From contig CAWANH010000028.1 of the NCBI GenBank assembly GCA_963783375.1, positions 96,001-160,000 of the forward strand: 64,000 nucleotides of DNA. The letters are read 5' to 3'. Positions within the stretch are counted from its first letter, which is position 1; the number at the start of each line of letters is the position of its first letter. Source of the DNA: Candidatus Eiseniibacteriota bacterium. Lineage in GTDB: Bacteria > Eisenbacteria > RBG-16-71-46 > JABDJR01. Positions 20,800-29,754 of the stretch are shown here, in pieces. The position numbers and the translations under genes are program-made. The notes beneath the pieces were generated by a model. It saw only the letters and a program-made list of their open reading frames with translations. It searched no databases and had not been told where the DNA came from.

Positions 20800-20928
20800 G
20801 CGGATTGAGGGGCGGGCTCCGGCTCCCCCCTGGTCGCAAGTCCATCCCCCGCGTGAACCGGGCCCTCCGCGCGTATACAATGGCTCGTCCCCCGGGTCCG
20901 CTCGCTCATCGGGGAGGAGTTCATCACG

Positions 20929-22470
20929 GTGTCGTTCCATCCAGGTTTGAAACGGTCTCCGGCCTCGCGGGGTATCTCGGGTCGATTTCGCGGCGTGGCG
21001 AGGGGGGCTGCGGCGGCCGCCCTCGCGTGCCTAGCGCTTTCCGGCGCGATCACATCCGGCGAGGATCGCGAAACGGGGCCGGCCTCCACCACCCTGCCCG
21101 CCGACAGCCTCACCGCCCGCTATCGCGAGGCCTCGGAGCGGTTGATCGCCGCGGCCCGGACGTCCTCCGACGCCTACGAGAACCTGGCCGTCCTCACCGA
21201 CGAAATCGGGAACCGCCTCTCCGGTTCCGTGGGCATGAGCCGGGCCATCGACTGGGCCCAGGACCTCATGCGGCGGGAGGGGTTCGCCAACGTCCACGCG
21301 GAGTCCGTGATGGTGCCGGTCTGGGTGCGCGGGGAGGAGAGCGCGGAGATCGTCGCCCCGGTCCACCGCCGGCTCAGCATCCTGGGTCTGGGGCGAAGCG
21401 TGGGAACGCCCCCCGAAGGCGTCACCGCCGAGGTGCGGGTGGTGAGCACCTTCGCCGAGCTGGACTCCCTCGGCGCGGAGGCCGGGGGAAAGATCATCCT
21501 CTTCGACGCGCCCTTCGTGGACTACGAGACCACCGTGGCCTACCGGGTCCACGGCGCGTCCCGGGCGGCCCGGCTCGGCGCGGTGGCGACGCTGGTGCGC
21601 TCGATCACCCCGGCCAGCCTCGACACCCCTCACACCGGGACCCTCTTCTATGCCGGCGACGCCCCGCGCATCCCCGCCGCGGCGGTGACCCTGGAGGACG
21701 CCCAGCTCATCCATCGCATGGTCGCGCGGGGCGACACGGTGCGGGTGCATCTGACCATGGAGGCGCACACCCTCCCCGATGCGCCCTCGGCCAACGTGGT
21801 GGGGGAGATTCCGGGACACGAGCGGCCGGAGGAGATCGTGCTCCTGGGCTCGCACCTCGACTCCTGGGACGTGGGCCAGGGCGCGCAGGACGACGGGTCG
21901 GGATGCCTGGCGGTGATCGAGGCCGCGCACCTGATCGGCAAGCTGGACCTCGGGCCCCGTCGGACGGTGCGGGTGGTGCTGTTCGTGAACGAGGAGGACG
22001 GCCTTCGCGGCGGGCTCGGGTACCGCGACCGCCATGCCGCCGAGCTCGAGCGTCACGTGGCGGCGATCGAGTCCGACCTGGGAAACGGCCCCCTTCAGGG
22101 GTACGACTACGAGCTGCTCATCCCCAAGGCGCACCGGGAGGACCCCGGGGCGGGGGCGCGCCTCGCCGAGGCCCGCGACGAGGGCCTGGCCGTCCTTCGC
22201 GGGCTGGCCCCGCTCCTCGAGCCCCTGGGCATGGGGAAGATCCGGGCCGGCGGCTCGGGCGCCGACGTCGGGCCGTCGGTGGAGGAGGGGGTCCCGGGCC
22301 TGGGCGTCCGCCACGACATGACCCGGTACTTCGACATCCACCACACCCGGGCCGACACCTTCGACAAGATCGACCGGGGGCGTCTGGACGACGAGGTGGC
22401 GGCGGTGGCGATCGCGGCCTACGTGCTGGCCGACATGCCCGGGCGCTTGCCACGGGCCGGGGGGCCGTAG
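20929..22470 (+). CDS. M28 family metallopeptidase with PA domain (carboxypeptidase Q-like), exported
   Basis: SHLDSWDVGQGAQDDG, NEEDG, ESDLG, HHTRADT. Confidence 0.92.
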   Translation: MSFHPGLKRSPASRGISGRFRGVARGAAAAALACLALSGAITSGEDRETGPASTTLPADSLTARYREASERLIAAARTSSDAYENLAVLTDEIGNRLSGSVGMSRAIDWAQDLMRREGFANVHAESVMVPVWVRGEESAEIVAPVHRRLSILGLGRSVGTPPEGVTAEVRVVSTFAELDSLGAEAGGKIILFDAPFVDYETTVAYRVHGASRAARLGAVATLVRSITPASLDTPHTGTLFYAGDAPRIPAAAVTLEDAQLIHRMVARGDTVRVHLTMEAHTLPDAPSANVVGEIPGHERPEEIVLLGSHLDSWDVGQGAQDDGSGCLAVIEAAHLIGKLDLGPRRTVRVVLFVNEEDGLRGGLGYRDRHAAELERHVAAIESDLGNGPLQGYDYELLIPKAHREDPGAGARLAEARDEGLAVLRGLAPLLEPLGMGKIRAGGSGADVGPSVEEGVPGLGVRHDMTRYFDIHHTRADTFDKIDRGRLDDEVAAVAIAAYVLADMPGRLPRAGGP

Positions 22471-22487
22471 GGCCCCGGTGACGGTGG

Positions 22488-23025
22488 TCAGCTCACTCTT
22501 GATGGGGCCCGTCATGCCGGTGACGGTCCACCCGTCCCCACGTCTCTCGAGAACGTACGTGCCGCCGAATCCGTTCAAGTCCATGAGGTGATGATTGAAC
22601 GGGACGTTGACCTTGCCGGATGCGACTCTTCTCACCTCTCCCACGACCACGGTGGAACCGCCGCCCTCCACGTTTCCTCCGAACCCCCGCTTCACGTCGA
22701 GGAAGTCTTCGATCCACCGGATGTCCAGGCCCCGGTGCGACAGCCGGCGGGAAATTTCGCGCTGAGCCTCCGGGCTGATCATCCGGGTCGGGGGCAGGGG
22801 AACGAGATCGTCCTCGACGTGGTCTTTCGTCCACTTCACCACGTAGACAATCTGTTCTCGCGGGGCGTCGGGGGAACCCGTGCAGGCGGCCAGAATGACG
22901 GCGGAGCAGATTTCGACGTCATCCTTGTCCTGAGCAGTCAGGTGGGACCTGCCGCACGCGAACGAGCAACACCACAGCGCCAGAAACAAGCAGGCTCGTC
23001 GAGAAACGCGACCTTGTTTCGTCAT
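22488..23025 (-). CDS. Hypothetical lipoprotein; stop codon apparently out of frame by 1 nt
   Basis: Signal plus SFAC lipobox; GGTYVLERRGDGWTVTG near the C-terminus; as assembled it reads on antisense through the M28 gene, while a TGA at 22488-22490 lies in a shifted frame. Confidence 0.55.
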
Positions 23026-23148
23026 GATCGATCCAGCCCGAGCGGTCCAAGCAACGCTGCGTTCCCCGGTGCGCACATCCTTGATCGCACCGGGAATCAA
23101 TGCAATCCAAATCCAAACCGAGCGCCCCGCGCGATCGCCCGCCCCACC

Positions 23149-24435
23149 TCACTCCCGCCGGATGACCACCAGGGTCCGGTCATCGAAGGGGGGCTCGCTG
23201 CCGGCGTGGGCGTCCACCTCGTCCATGATCCGGTTCATGAGGGCCTCGGCGGGAAGCCCCCGCTGGCGATGGAGGAGCGTGGTCAGCCGCTCCAGCCCGT
23301 ACTCGGCCCCGTTTCCGTCCACGCTGTCGGTGATGCCGTCCGAGTAGATCACCAGCACGTCCCCGGATCGGACCTCCACCGAGGCCTCGGGGAAGACGAT
23401 CTCCCGCATCACCCCCAGCACCAGGCCCCCGGTGTCGAGCACGGAAATGCCCCCGTCGGGGGAGAAGATCATCGGGTGCTCGTGACCCGCGTTGGCATAC
23501 CACAGGCGGTGCTCGGCGGTGTCGAGAATCCCGTAGAAGCAGGTCGCGAACTTCTCGGAGTCCGTGCTCTGGAACAGCAGCGTATTGGACCGGTGCAGGC
23601 AGTCCGCGGGCGAAGCCTTCATCAGGGTCTGCCCGCGGATCGAGGCCTGGAGGTTCGCCATGAGGAGCGCGGCGGGCATTCCCTTCCCGGAGACGTCGCC
23701 CAGGGAGATCGCCAGCATGCGCTCGTCGATGGGGATGAAGTCATAGTAGTCCCCGCCCACTCCCAGGGCGGGAACGCTCCGCCCGGCGATGTCGTAGCCG
23801 GGGTAGCTCGGAGACCCCTTGGGAAGGAGGTTGGCCTGGATCTCCAGAGCGAGGCGAAGCTCCTCCTGCATGCGGATCATGGCCTGCTGCTCGTCGATCC
23901 GGCGCTGGTTGAGGAGGAAGTTCTCCAGGGCGATGGCCGCCTGGGAGGCGAGCACGTCGGCCAGCTTCAGGTCCCCGGCGGTGAACAGCGATTCCCCGTC
24001 GTGGCGCCCCACGCAGAGCGCCCCGTACACCGCGCGGTCGGTCTTGATCACCGTGCACAGGAACGATTGGGGCACGCCGTCCCGGGAGAGACCCGGCTCG
24101 TCGCGGAGGGCGTAGTACATGCGGGACTTCCCGGCCTCGATCAGCTCCCCCACCACCGACCCGGTGAGGAGCGCGACCACGTCCTCCCCCACCCGGGTCG
24201 TGACCGGACGGAAGAGTCCTTCCCCGGAGCCGGCCGGGCCCACCCAACCCAGGTCGGCGTCGAAGATCTCCATGGCTTCGCCGAGGATGCGCTCCACGTT
24301 CCGCTGGACGTCCAGGCTGGAGAGGAGCTGGCCGGAGAGCCGGTAGACGAGGTCCAGCTCCTCGTAGCACTCCAGGAGATTCCTGGTCAGGCTCTCGATG
24401 GTCCTGGCGGAGCCCTCCGCCCCGATCTTTTCCAT
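23149..24435 (-). CDS. GAF + SpoIIE/PP2C phosphatase (RsbU-like)
   Basis: GGDYYD, GDVSGKGMPAALLM, NAGH, YSDGITD, DDRTL. Confidence 0.95.
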   Translation of the reverse strand: MEKIGAEGSARTIESLTRNLLECYEELDLVYRLSGQLLSSLDVQRNVERILGEAMEIFDADLGWVGPAGSGEGLFRPVTTRVGEDVVALLTGSVVGELIEAGKSRMYYALRDEPGLSRDGVPQSFLCTVIKTDRAVYGALCVGRHDGESLFTAGDLKLADVLASQAAIALENFLLNQRRIDEQQAMIRMQEELRLALEIQANLLPKGSPSYPGYDIAGRSVPALGVGGDYYDFIPIDERMLAISLGDVSGKGMPAALLMANLQASIRGQTLMKASPADCLHRSNTLLFQSTDSEKFATCFYGILDTAEHRLWYANAGHEHPMIFSPDGGISVLDTGGLVLGVMREIVFPEASVEVRSGDVLVIYSDGITDSVDGNGAEYGLERLTTLLHRQRGLPAEALMNRIMDEVDAHAGSEPPFDDRTLVVIRRE

Positions 24436-24468
24436 GACTACCCCCAACCCAATTGGTTCGCGAGCCGG

Positions 24469-24843
24469 CTAGCCCGACTCCCCAAGGATCTCCTGCAGCT
24501 TGGCCCGCATCTTCCGCGGACTGAACGGCTTGGTCATGAACTCGTCCGCCCCCATGTCCAGGGCGCGCTTCTCGTCCTCCTCCTGGCCGCGGGCCGTGAG
24601 CATGACGATGTAGATGTCCTTGGTCTTCGGATCGTCCTTCAGGCGGCGGCAGACCTCGTGGCCGGAGAGCTTGGGCATCATGATGTCCAGGAAGATCAGG
24701 TCCGGCCTCGTCTCCTGGGCCTTGGCGAGAGCCTCCTCCCCGTCCTCGGCCACGTCCACCTCGAATCCGGCCTTGCGTACGACGTAGGAAACCGACTCCA
24801 CGATGTAGGGTTCGTCGTCGCAGACGAGAACCTTCTTAGACAT
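24469..24843 (-). CDS. Single-domain response regulator (receiver)
   Basis: VLVCDDE, FLDIMMP, MLTA, KPFS. Confidence 0.95.
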   Translation of the reverse strand: MSKKVLVCDDEPYIVESVSYVVRKAGFEVDVAEDGEEALAKAQETRPDLIFLDIMMPKLSGHEVCRRLKDDPKTKDIYIVMLTARGQEEDEKRALDMGADEFMTKPFSPRKMRAKLQEILGESG

Positions 24844-27253
24844 GCTGTTCCTCCTCCCCGGTGCGGGCTCGCTGCCCCTCCTTCGTCGTCTCGCAGGCTT
24901 CGATAGCCGTGCCGTCCCCCACCACCGGCAGGGTGAAGTGGAAGGATGCGCCCTCCCCTACCGGGCTCTCCGCCCAGATCCGCCCGCCGTGATGCTCCAC
25001 GATCTCCCGGCAGATCGCCAGCCCCAGGCCGCTCCCTCCCCGGGCCCGGGTCTCGGATGCGTCCACCTGGGAGAACCGCTCGAAGACCCGTTCCAGGTGG
25101 TCGGGGGGGATGCCGCATCCCTCGTCGCGGACGGTGATCTGAAGCAGGGGTCTGCCGTTGCCCCGTTGCTCCTCCATCCGGCAGCCGAGCCAGACCCGCC
25201 CTCCCGGCTCGCTGAACTTGATCGCGTTCTCCAGAAGGTTGGTGATCACCTCCTGGATCCGGTCGCGGTCCGCGCGCACCTTCCCCCCCGGGCAGGATAT
25301 CTGGCGCTCCAGGCGGACCTCCTTGGCCTTGAACGCGGGGAGGAGGCCGTCCACCGCGGCCTCGGCCACCTCGCGCACCGGAAATTCGGACATCCGCCAG
25401 GCCAGCCGGCCGGATTCCAGCCGCGACAGGCTCAAGAGGTTCTTGATGAGGCGTCCCAGCCGGTCGCTCTCCGAGTTGATGATCCCCAGGAACCGCTTCA
25501 TTTCGGGCGTGACGGGCACGGTGTCCGCCTCGTCGAGCAGAATCTCCGAGAACGCCTTGATCGAGGTGAGCGGGGTGCGGAACTCGTGGGATACGGTGGA
25601 GAGGAAGTTCGACTTCAACCGGTCGAGCTCCTTGAGTTCGCGATTGGCCTCGTTCAGGGCCTGGTTCAACGCCTCCAGCTCCCGCGTGCGCTCCTGAACG
25701 CGGTCCTCGAGGGTCCGGTTCAGGGCCTCCAGCTCCCGGGCCGCCTTCTCCCGGAGCTCGATGTTCTCGCGCAGGGAAGCGGTCATGGCGTTGAAGGTCT
25801 CGCCCAGGGTCTGGATCTCGTCGTGGGTCTTGACCCGGATGGAGTGATAGAGGTTTCCCGCCGCGATCTCGCGGGCCCCCGCGGTGACCACGCCCAGGGA
25901 GCGCGAGATTCGCCCTCCCGCCACCACCAGGAGGGAGCCGGCGACCAACAGCGCCAGGCAGGCCACCAGGAGGTTGATGATCCCCGCCCGCCGGGCCTCG
26001 CTCTCGAATTCGCGGGGGAGCGCGGTGGCGAATACGGTCCACGGAACCGTCCCCAGCCCGATGGCCGACGCCAGCCGGGTCCCGTGCTCCCCCGGGACCT
26101 TGATCCAGGGCGCGGTGGGAGGCTCCGAGCCCTCGCCTCCGGCGAAGGCGTCGACCAGAGGATGGTCGGCGAGCCGGATGTTCCGGCCGATCAACTCGGG
26201 ACGGGAGTGGAACAGGATGTCGCCGTCGGAGCTGTTGACCACCGCCAGTTCCCCGCTGGCCCCGAACCGCTCGGCGGACAGATCCTGGGGAAACAGATAG
26301 TCCAGCTTGAGGTTGGCGACCAGGGTGCCCAGACGCTGATCCTTGTCGTCCACCGAGAAGATCGGCATCACCAGCCGGAGGACCCGGGAGCCCCCGGGGG
26401 TCACCCGGTCGGCGTAGACCAGCACCTCGCCGTGGGAAAGGGCCGCCCCGCGCTTCACCGCCCGGAGGTCGCTGTCGGTGAAGCCCCAACCCAGGGGAAG
26501 CCCGTGCAAGATGACCGCGCGGGGGGTGGTGGGAAAGGGAGCGGATCCCGCCGGCGGCGGCTGGAGGTTCACGTTCACGTCCGCCGCCTCGAGGGCCTTC
26601 TCGATGAGCCGGGAGACCCGGTCGGAGATCTCCATGCCTTTCCGGAACGCCTTCAAGGTGTCGGTCGATTGCTCACGGCGGACTTCATCGCGGAGTCTGC
26701 CGCTCACGTTCCGCCCCAGCGCCTCGAGGGTCTGGGTCAGCTGTCCACCGAGGATGGTCTCGGGCGCGGAGGGCGCGATCACGGTGTCCTGGGCGCTCGT
26801 ATCTACCGTGACGTCGGGAACGCCGGCGAGCGGCGCTGAATCCGTCCCCCCGGATCCTCGAAGGCGGAACACCGGCTCGCCGTCGTCGCCGGCGATCACC
26901 AGATCGCTGTAGTAGTTCTCGTACTCCTCGAACAGCTTGTCGAGATACACGCGAAGGGTGCGGTAGGTGTCGACGCGGCTCTCCCCGCCCGTCCCGTCGC
27001 GCGCCAGGAGGTAGTCCTGAACCGGGCGGTTCTCGACGAGGATGCGATCGTTCACCCGCCGCTGGAGCTTCCGGGAGAGATCCTCCCCCACCGACTGGGC
27101 CAGCCGGTCGGTGCGGTTCCCCACCATGTCCTCCACCGCCTTCAGCGAGTTGAAATAGGCGACAAGGCTCACCAGGGCGATCGGGAGCACTCCCCCCACC
27201 AGGAAGAGGGCGATGAGCTTGGCACGGATGGAAGCCAGGGGAATCAGCGACAT
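24836..27253 (-). CDS. Sensor histidine kinase (periplasmic Cache-like domain, HAMP, HisKA, HATPase)
   Basis: Two TMs; DEIQTLGETFNAM HAMP; SHEFRTPL; NLLENAIKF; DEGCGI; GSGLGL. Confidence 0.95.
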   Translation of the reverse strand: MSLIPLASIRAKLIALFLVGGVLPIALVSLVAYFNSLKAVEDMVGNRTDRLAQSVGEDLSRKLQRRVNDRILVENRPVQDYLLARDGTGGESRVDTYRTLRVYLDKLFEEYENYYSDLVIAGDDGEPVFRLRGSGGTDSAPLAGVPDVTVDTSAQDTVIAPSAPETILGGQLTQTLEALGRNVSGRLRDEVRREQSTDTLKAFRKGMEISDRVSRLIEKALEAADVNVNLQPPPAGSAPFPTTPRAVILHGLPLGWGFTDSDLRAVKRGAALSHGEVLVYADRVTPGGSRVLRLVMPIFSVDDKDQRLGTLVANLKLDYLFPQDLSAERFGASGELAVVNSSDGDILFHSRPELIGRNIRLADHPLVDAFAGGEGSEPPTAPWIKVPGEHGTRLASAIGLGTVPWTVFATALPREFESEARRAGIINLLVACLALLVAGSLLVVAGGRISRSLGVVTAGAREIAAGNLYHSIRVKTHDEIQTLGETFNAMTASLRENIELREKAARELEALNRTLEDRVQERTRELEALNQALNEANRELKELDRLKSNFLSTVSHEFRTPLTSIKAFSEILLDEADTVPVTPEMKRFLGIINSESDRLGRLIKNLLSLSRLESGRLAWRMSEFPVREVAEAAVDGLLPAFKAKEVRLERQISCPGGKVRADRDRIQEVITNLLENAIKFSEPGGRVWLGCRMEEQRGNGRPLLQITVRDEGCGIPPDHLERVFERFSQVDASETRARGGSGLGLAICREIVEHHGGRIWAESPVGEGASFHFTLPVVGDGTAIEACETTKEGQRARTGEEEQHV

Positions 27254-27419
27254 CTCAGAATTCCGTCGTCGGGGGATCCGGCCCTCCGGCGCTCGGATCG
27301 CGACCGGATCCAGTCTTCAACCGGACCTCTAGAATCGCACAAGCGAGACCCCGGCGACAGGCCAAAGACCGCGGCCGGCGGGAGGTGTAGCGAGCCATGC
27401 CGGGCCCCTTTCGGGCCTC

Positions 27420-27488
27420 TCAGGCCAGGAAAAAAACGACGACGAGGACGGCGACGAAGCGCCCGAGCAGGTTCAGGGAGCGGATCAC
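27420..27488 (-). CDS. Putative 22-aa hydrophobic small protein (MIRSLNLLGRFVAVLVVVFFLA)
   Basis: GTG overlaps the TolB-like stop (GTGA coupling); single-TM character; followed by a GGCCC-GAAA-GGGGCC hairpin. Confidence 0.4.
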   Translation of the reverse strand: MIRSLNLLGRFVAVLVVVFFLA

Positions 27489-29350
27489 CGCGCCACCCCC
27501 GCCTTGTCGTCGTTCTGGCTCGCACGCAGGAGTTCCCCGACCCGGAGGAGGTAGACGTCGGAGGTGTGGTCGCCGTCCACGTAGGCCCGGATGCTCCCCG
27601 GGTAGATGACGCCACGATAGCGCTCGCCCTCGGGGGTGAGGTCGAACTTGGCCGGCATCCCACCGTAGAGCAGGTCGTCGGTGCTTCCGATGCGGGTCCG
27701 CTGCGAGCCGTCCACCGCACAGGCCCAGAGGCTCTGGGCGTTCGCGGACCGCTCTCCGATCAACACCTCCCTGCCGTCCTTGGACCAGGCCACGGGAATG
27801 AGGAAGTTGTCTTCCTTCATGAGCACGCGGTCGTCCGCCGGGTTCCCGAAGGAGACCACGTGGATCTGGTATCCGCCTTCCCTGGGGAGGGAGAGATAGG
27901 CGATCCGCTCCCCCTTCGGACCCCAGATGCCGGCCTCGTTCAGGACCCCGCCCCGGGTCACCTGACGCGGGATCCCGCCGGTGGCCGGGATGGCCCAGAT
28001 CTGGGTCTCGCCGCCCTCCGGCTTGATATAGGTGATCCAGCGGCCGTCCGGAGACCAATCCTGGAGGATCTCGGTCCCGGGGTTGGTGGTGACCCGGGAG
28101 ACCGGCCCGCCGCTGCGGGGAACGCGGTAGATGTCCACGTTTCCGGTTCCGTCGTCGGCGGCGAAGGCGATCTGAGCTTGGTCCGGCGACCAGCCCACCC
28201 CGCTGTTGTCGCTCAGGATCAGCCCCTGAAGATCGATCCGGTGAACCTGGGGATCGTCGCTCGGGGACACGCAAAGAGAGAGCGACCTCCCCTGCCCCTT
28301 GGCTCCGGCCTGGCGCAGGAAGAGGACCCACTTCCCGTCCATGGAAGGCATGGCGAACACGTCGCGCGGCTCGCCCTCGGTGATCTGGGTGGTTCCCCCG
28401 GAAACCATGTTCTCGATGAAGACATGCGAAGTCCGGACGTCGCGTGAGAAGGCGAGCAGCTCGCCGTCCGGGGACCACGATGGGTGCGCGTCCTCCTCCG
28501 TCCCCCCGGTGACCTGGGTGGTCCGGCCGGTGGCCGAGTCGAGGATCCACAGGTCGAGGTTCCCCGCCTGGTCCGAGGCGTAGGCCAGGAACCTACCGTC
28601 CGGCGACCACGCCGGGTAGTGGTTGCGGGCCTTGGGAACGGGGAGGGGCTTGTACTCCCGGGCTTTCGGGGACCACACCGAGAACTCGGTGGTCGTGGCT
28701 CCGTACACCGGCATGCTCACCGCGGTGACCTCGCCGGGTTTGGGCCCGAAGCATCCATCGAACTCCCAGGCCGGGGTCTTGGCCAGGACGTCGTATCCGC
28801 TGTCCTGTTCCGCGGGACGAAGCGCCAGGTCCCAGTTGTCCCCGTTGAAGGCGCGGATCAGGAACGTCCGGTCGTCGCGAGTAACGCCCACGTAGTCCCC
28901 GAGGCGCGGCCGGTGAAAGGTGGCGAGTTCCTTCCCGTCCATCCCGATCCGGCGGAGCGTGTTGTCCGACCGGAAGAGCACGAACAGGCTTTGCCCGTCC
29001 GCGGCGAAGGCCAGGGGAAGGATGAACGAGGAATCGGAGTAGACGGCGCGGGGTTCCCCGCCCGCGACGGCCAGGATCTCCAGCACGTAGGGGGAACCGT
29101 CCTCGGCTGCCCGGTGGGAGAAGGCCAGGAATCGCCCGTCGGGGGAGAAGACGGGACTGCCGTTCAGGCCACCTCCCTGAGTCAGGCGGGTCTCCCGGCT
29201 ATCCGCCTCGACGGGACTGCGCTTGGCGCAGCCGGCGGGGGGAATCACCGCTAGCACGACCAGGAGACCCGCCATGACCAGGGAAACCACGTGGGGGATG
29301 CCCGGTGGTCGCCTGGGGAGGCGTCTCGCAACGATACGCTCAGGGCTCAT
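27485..29350 (-). CDS. TolB-like PD40 beta-propeller lipoprotein
   Basis: Lipobox PAGC; repeated P-x-WSPDG-x-LAF/Y units; ATG 29350 after GGAG. Confidence 0.88.
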   Translation of the reverse strand: MSPERIVARRLPRRPPGIPHVVSLVMAGLLVVLAVIPPAGCAKRSPVEADSRETRLTQGGGLNGSPVFSPDGRFLAFSHRAAEDGSPYVLEILAVAGGEPRAVYSDSSFILPLAFAADGQSLFVLFRSDNTLRRIGMDGKELATFHRPRLGDYVGVTRDDRTFLIRAFNGDNWDLALRPAEQDSGYDVLAKTPAWEFDGCFGPKPGEVTAVSMPVYGATTTEFSVWSPKAREYKPLPVPKARNHYPAWSPDGRFLAYASDQAGNLDLWILDSATGRTTQVTGGTEEDAHPSWSPDGELLAFSRDVRTSHVFIENMVSGGTTQITEGEPRDVFAMPSMDGKWVLFLRQAGAKGQGRSLSLCVSPSDDPQVHRIDLQGLILSDNSGVGWSPDQAQIAFAADDGTGNVDIYRVPRSGGPVSRVTTNPGTEILQDWSPDGRWITYIKPEGGETQIWAIPATGGIPRQVTRGGVLNEAGIWGPKGERIAYLSLPREGGYQIHVVSFGNPADDRVLMKEDNFLIPVAWSKDGREVLIGERSANAQSLWACAVDGSQRTRIGSTDDLLYGGMPAKFDLTPEGERYRGVIYPGSIRAYVDGDHTSDVYLLRVGELLRASQNDDKAGVAR

Positions 29351-29401
29351 GTGGTTCCGCTCCGACCTTGGTTCGAGACCACCCGCCGGGGAACCAGCCC
29401 G

Positions 29402-29551
29402 CAAAAAGCAGACCCCCCCGGCCTCGGAGGATACCCCTCAGTCCATTTTCCATTCATCGCACCGAGGCCAGGGAAGGTCAGGGATGCCTTGGGTGTTCCT
29501 CAGATCTGGTCCAGCATCCCGACGCCGAAACGTTGCCATCCCGTCGTCTGG
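29402..29551 (-). ncRNA. Candidate sigma54-dependent structured RNA (sRNA or attenuator leader)
   Basis: Starts at the predicted +1; three abutting hairpins with G-U pairs valid only on this strand, a GCAA tetraloop, six GGA motifs and a U-tract. Confidence 0.6.
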
Positions 29552-29561
29552 CCTACCTATG

Positions 29562-29577
29562 AGCAATCGCCGTGCCA
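29562..29577 (-). promoter_or_regulatory. Sigma54 -24/-12 promoter
   Basis: TGGCACGGCGATTGCT is an exact TGGCAC-N5-TTGCW match, located downstream of a bEBP gene. Confidence 0.88.
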
Positions 29578-29664
29578 TCTGGCCCAGCCCCTGACAAGCT
29601 CTTGTGGCTGTTAGAGATAGCTCGAAAGCCAACGGGCCCGCGGAAGATCCGGCGCGAATCACTA

Positions 29665-29682
29665 CGACACGATTCATGACAC
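29665..29682. promoter_or_regulatory. Putative enhancer (UAS) of the sigma54 promoter
   Basis: CGACAC-gattca-TGACAC at about -114 to -131; a near-copy lies at 31418-31435. Confidence 0.5.
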
Positions 29683-29754
29683 CGTTTCCACCACAGCCAT
29701 CTAACATACTGAAAAAGAACAAATTACAGGACAAGGAGGGAGCTCCCGGTGATG

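Noticed and set aside
29438-29539. 33-codon ORF MATFRRRDAG...KMD inside the sigma54 transcript
   Set aside because: No SD, the start codon is buried in hairpin P1 and codon usage is atypical; RNA structure explains the region better, though the ORF is not excluded
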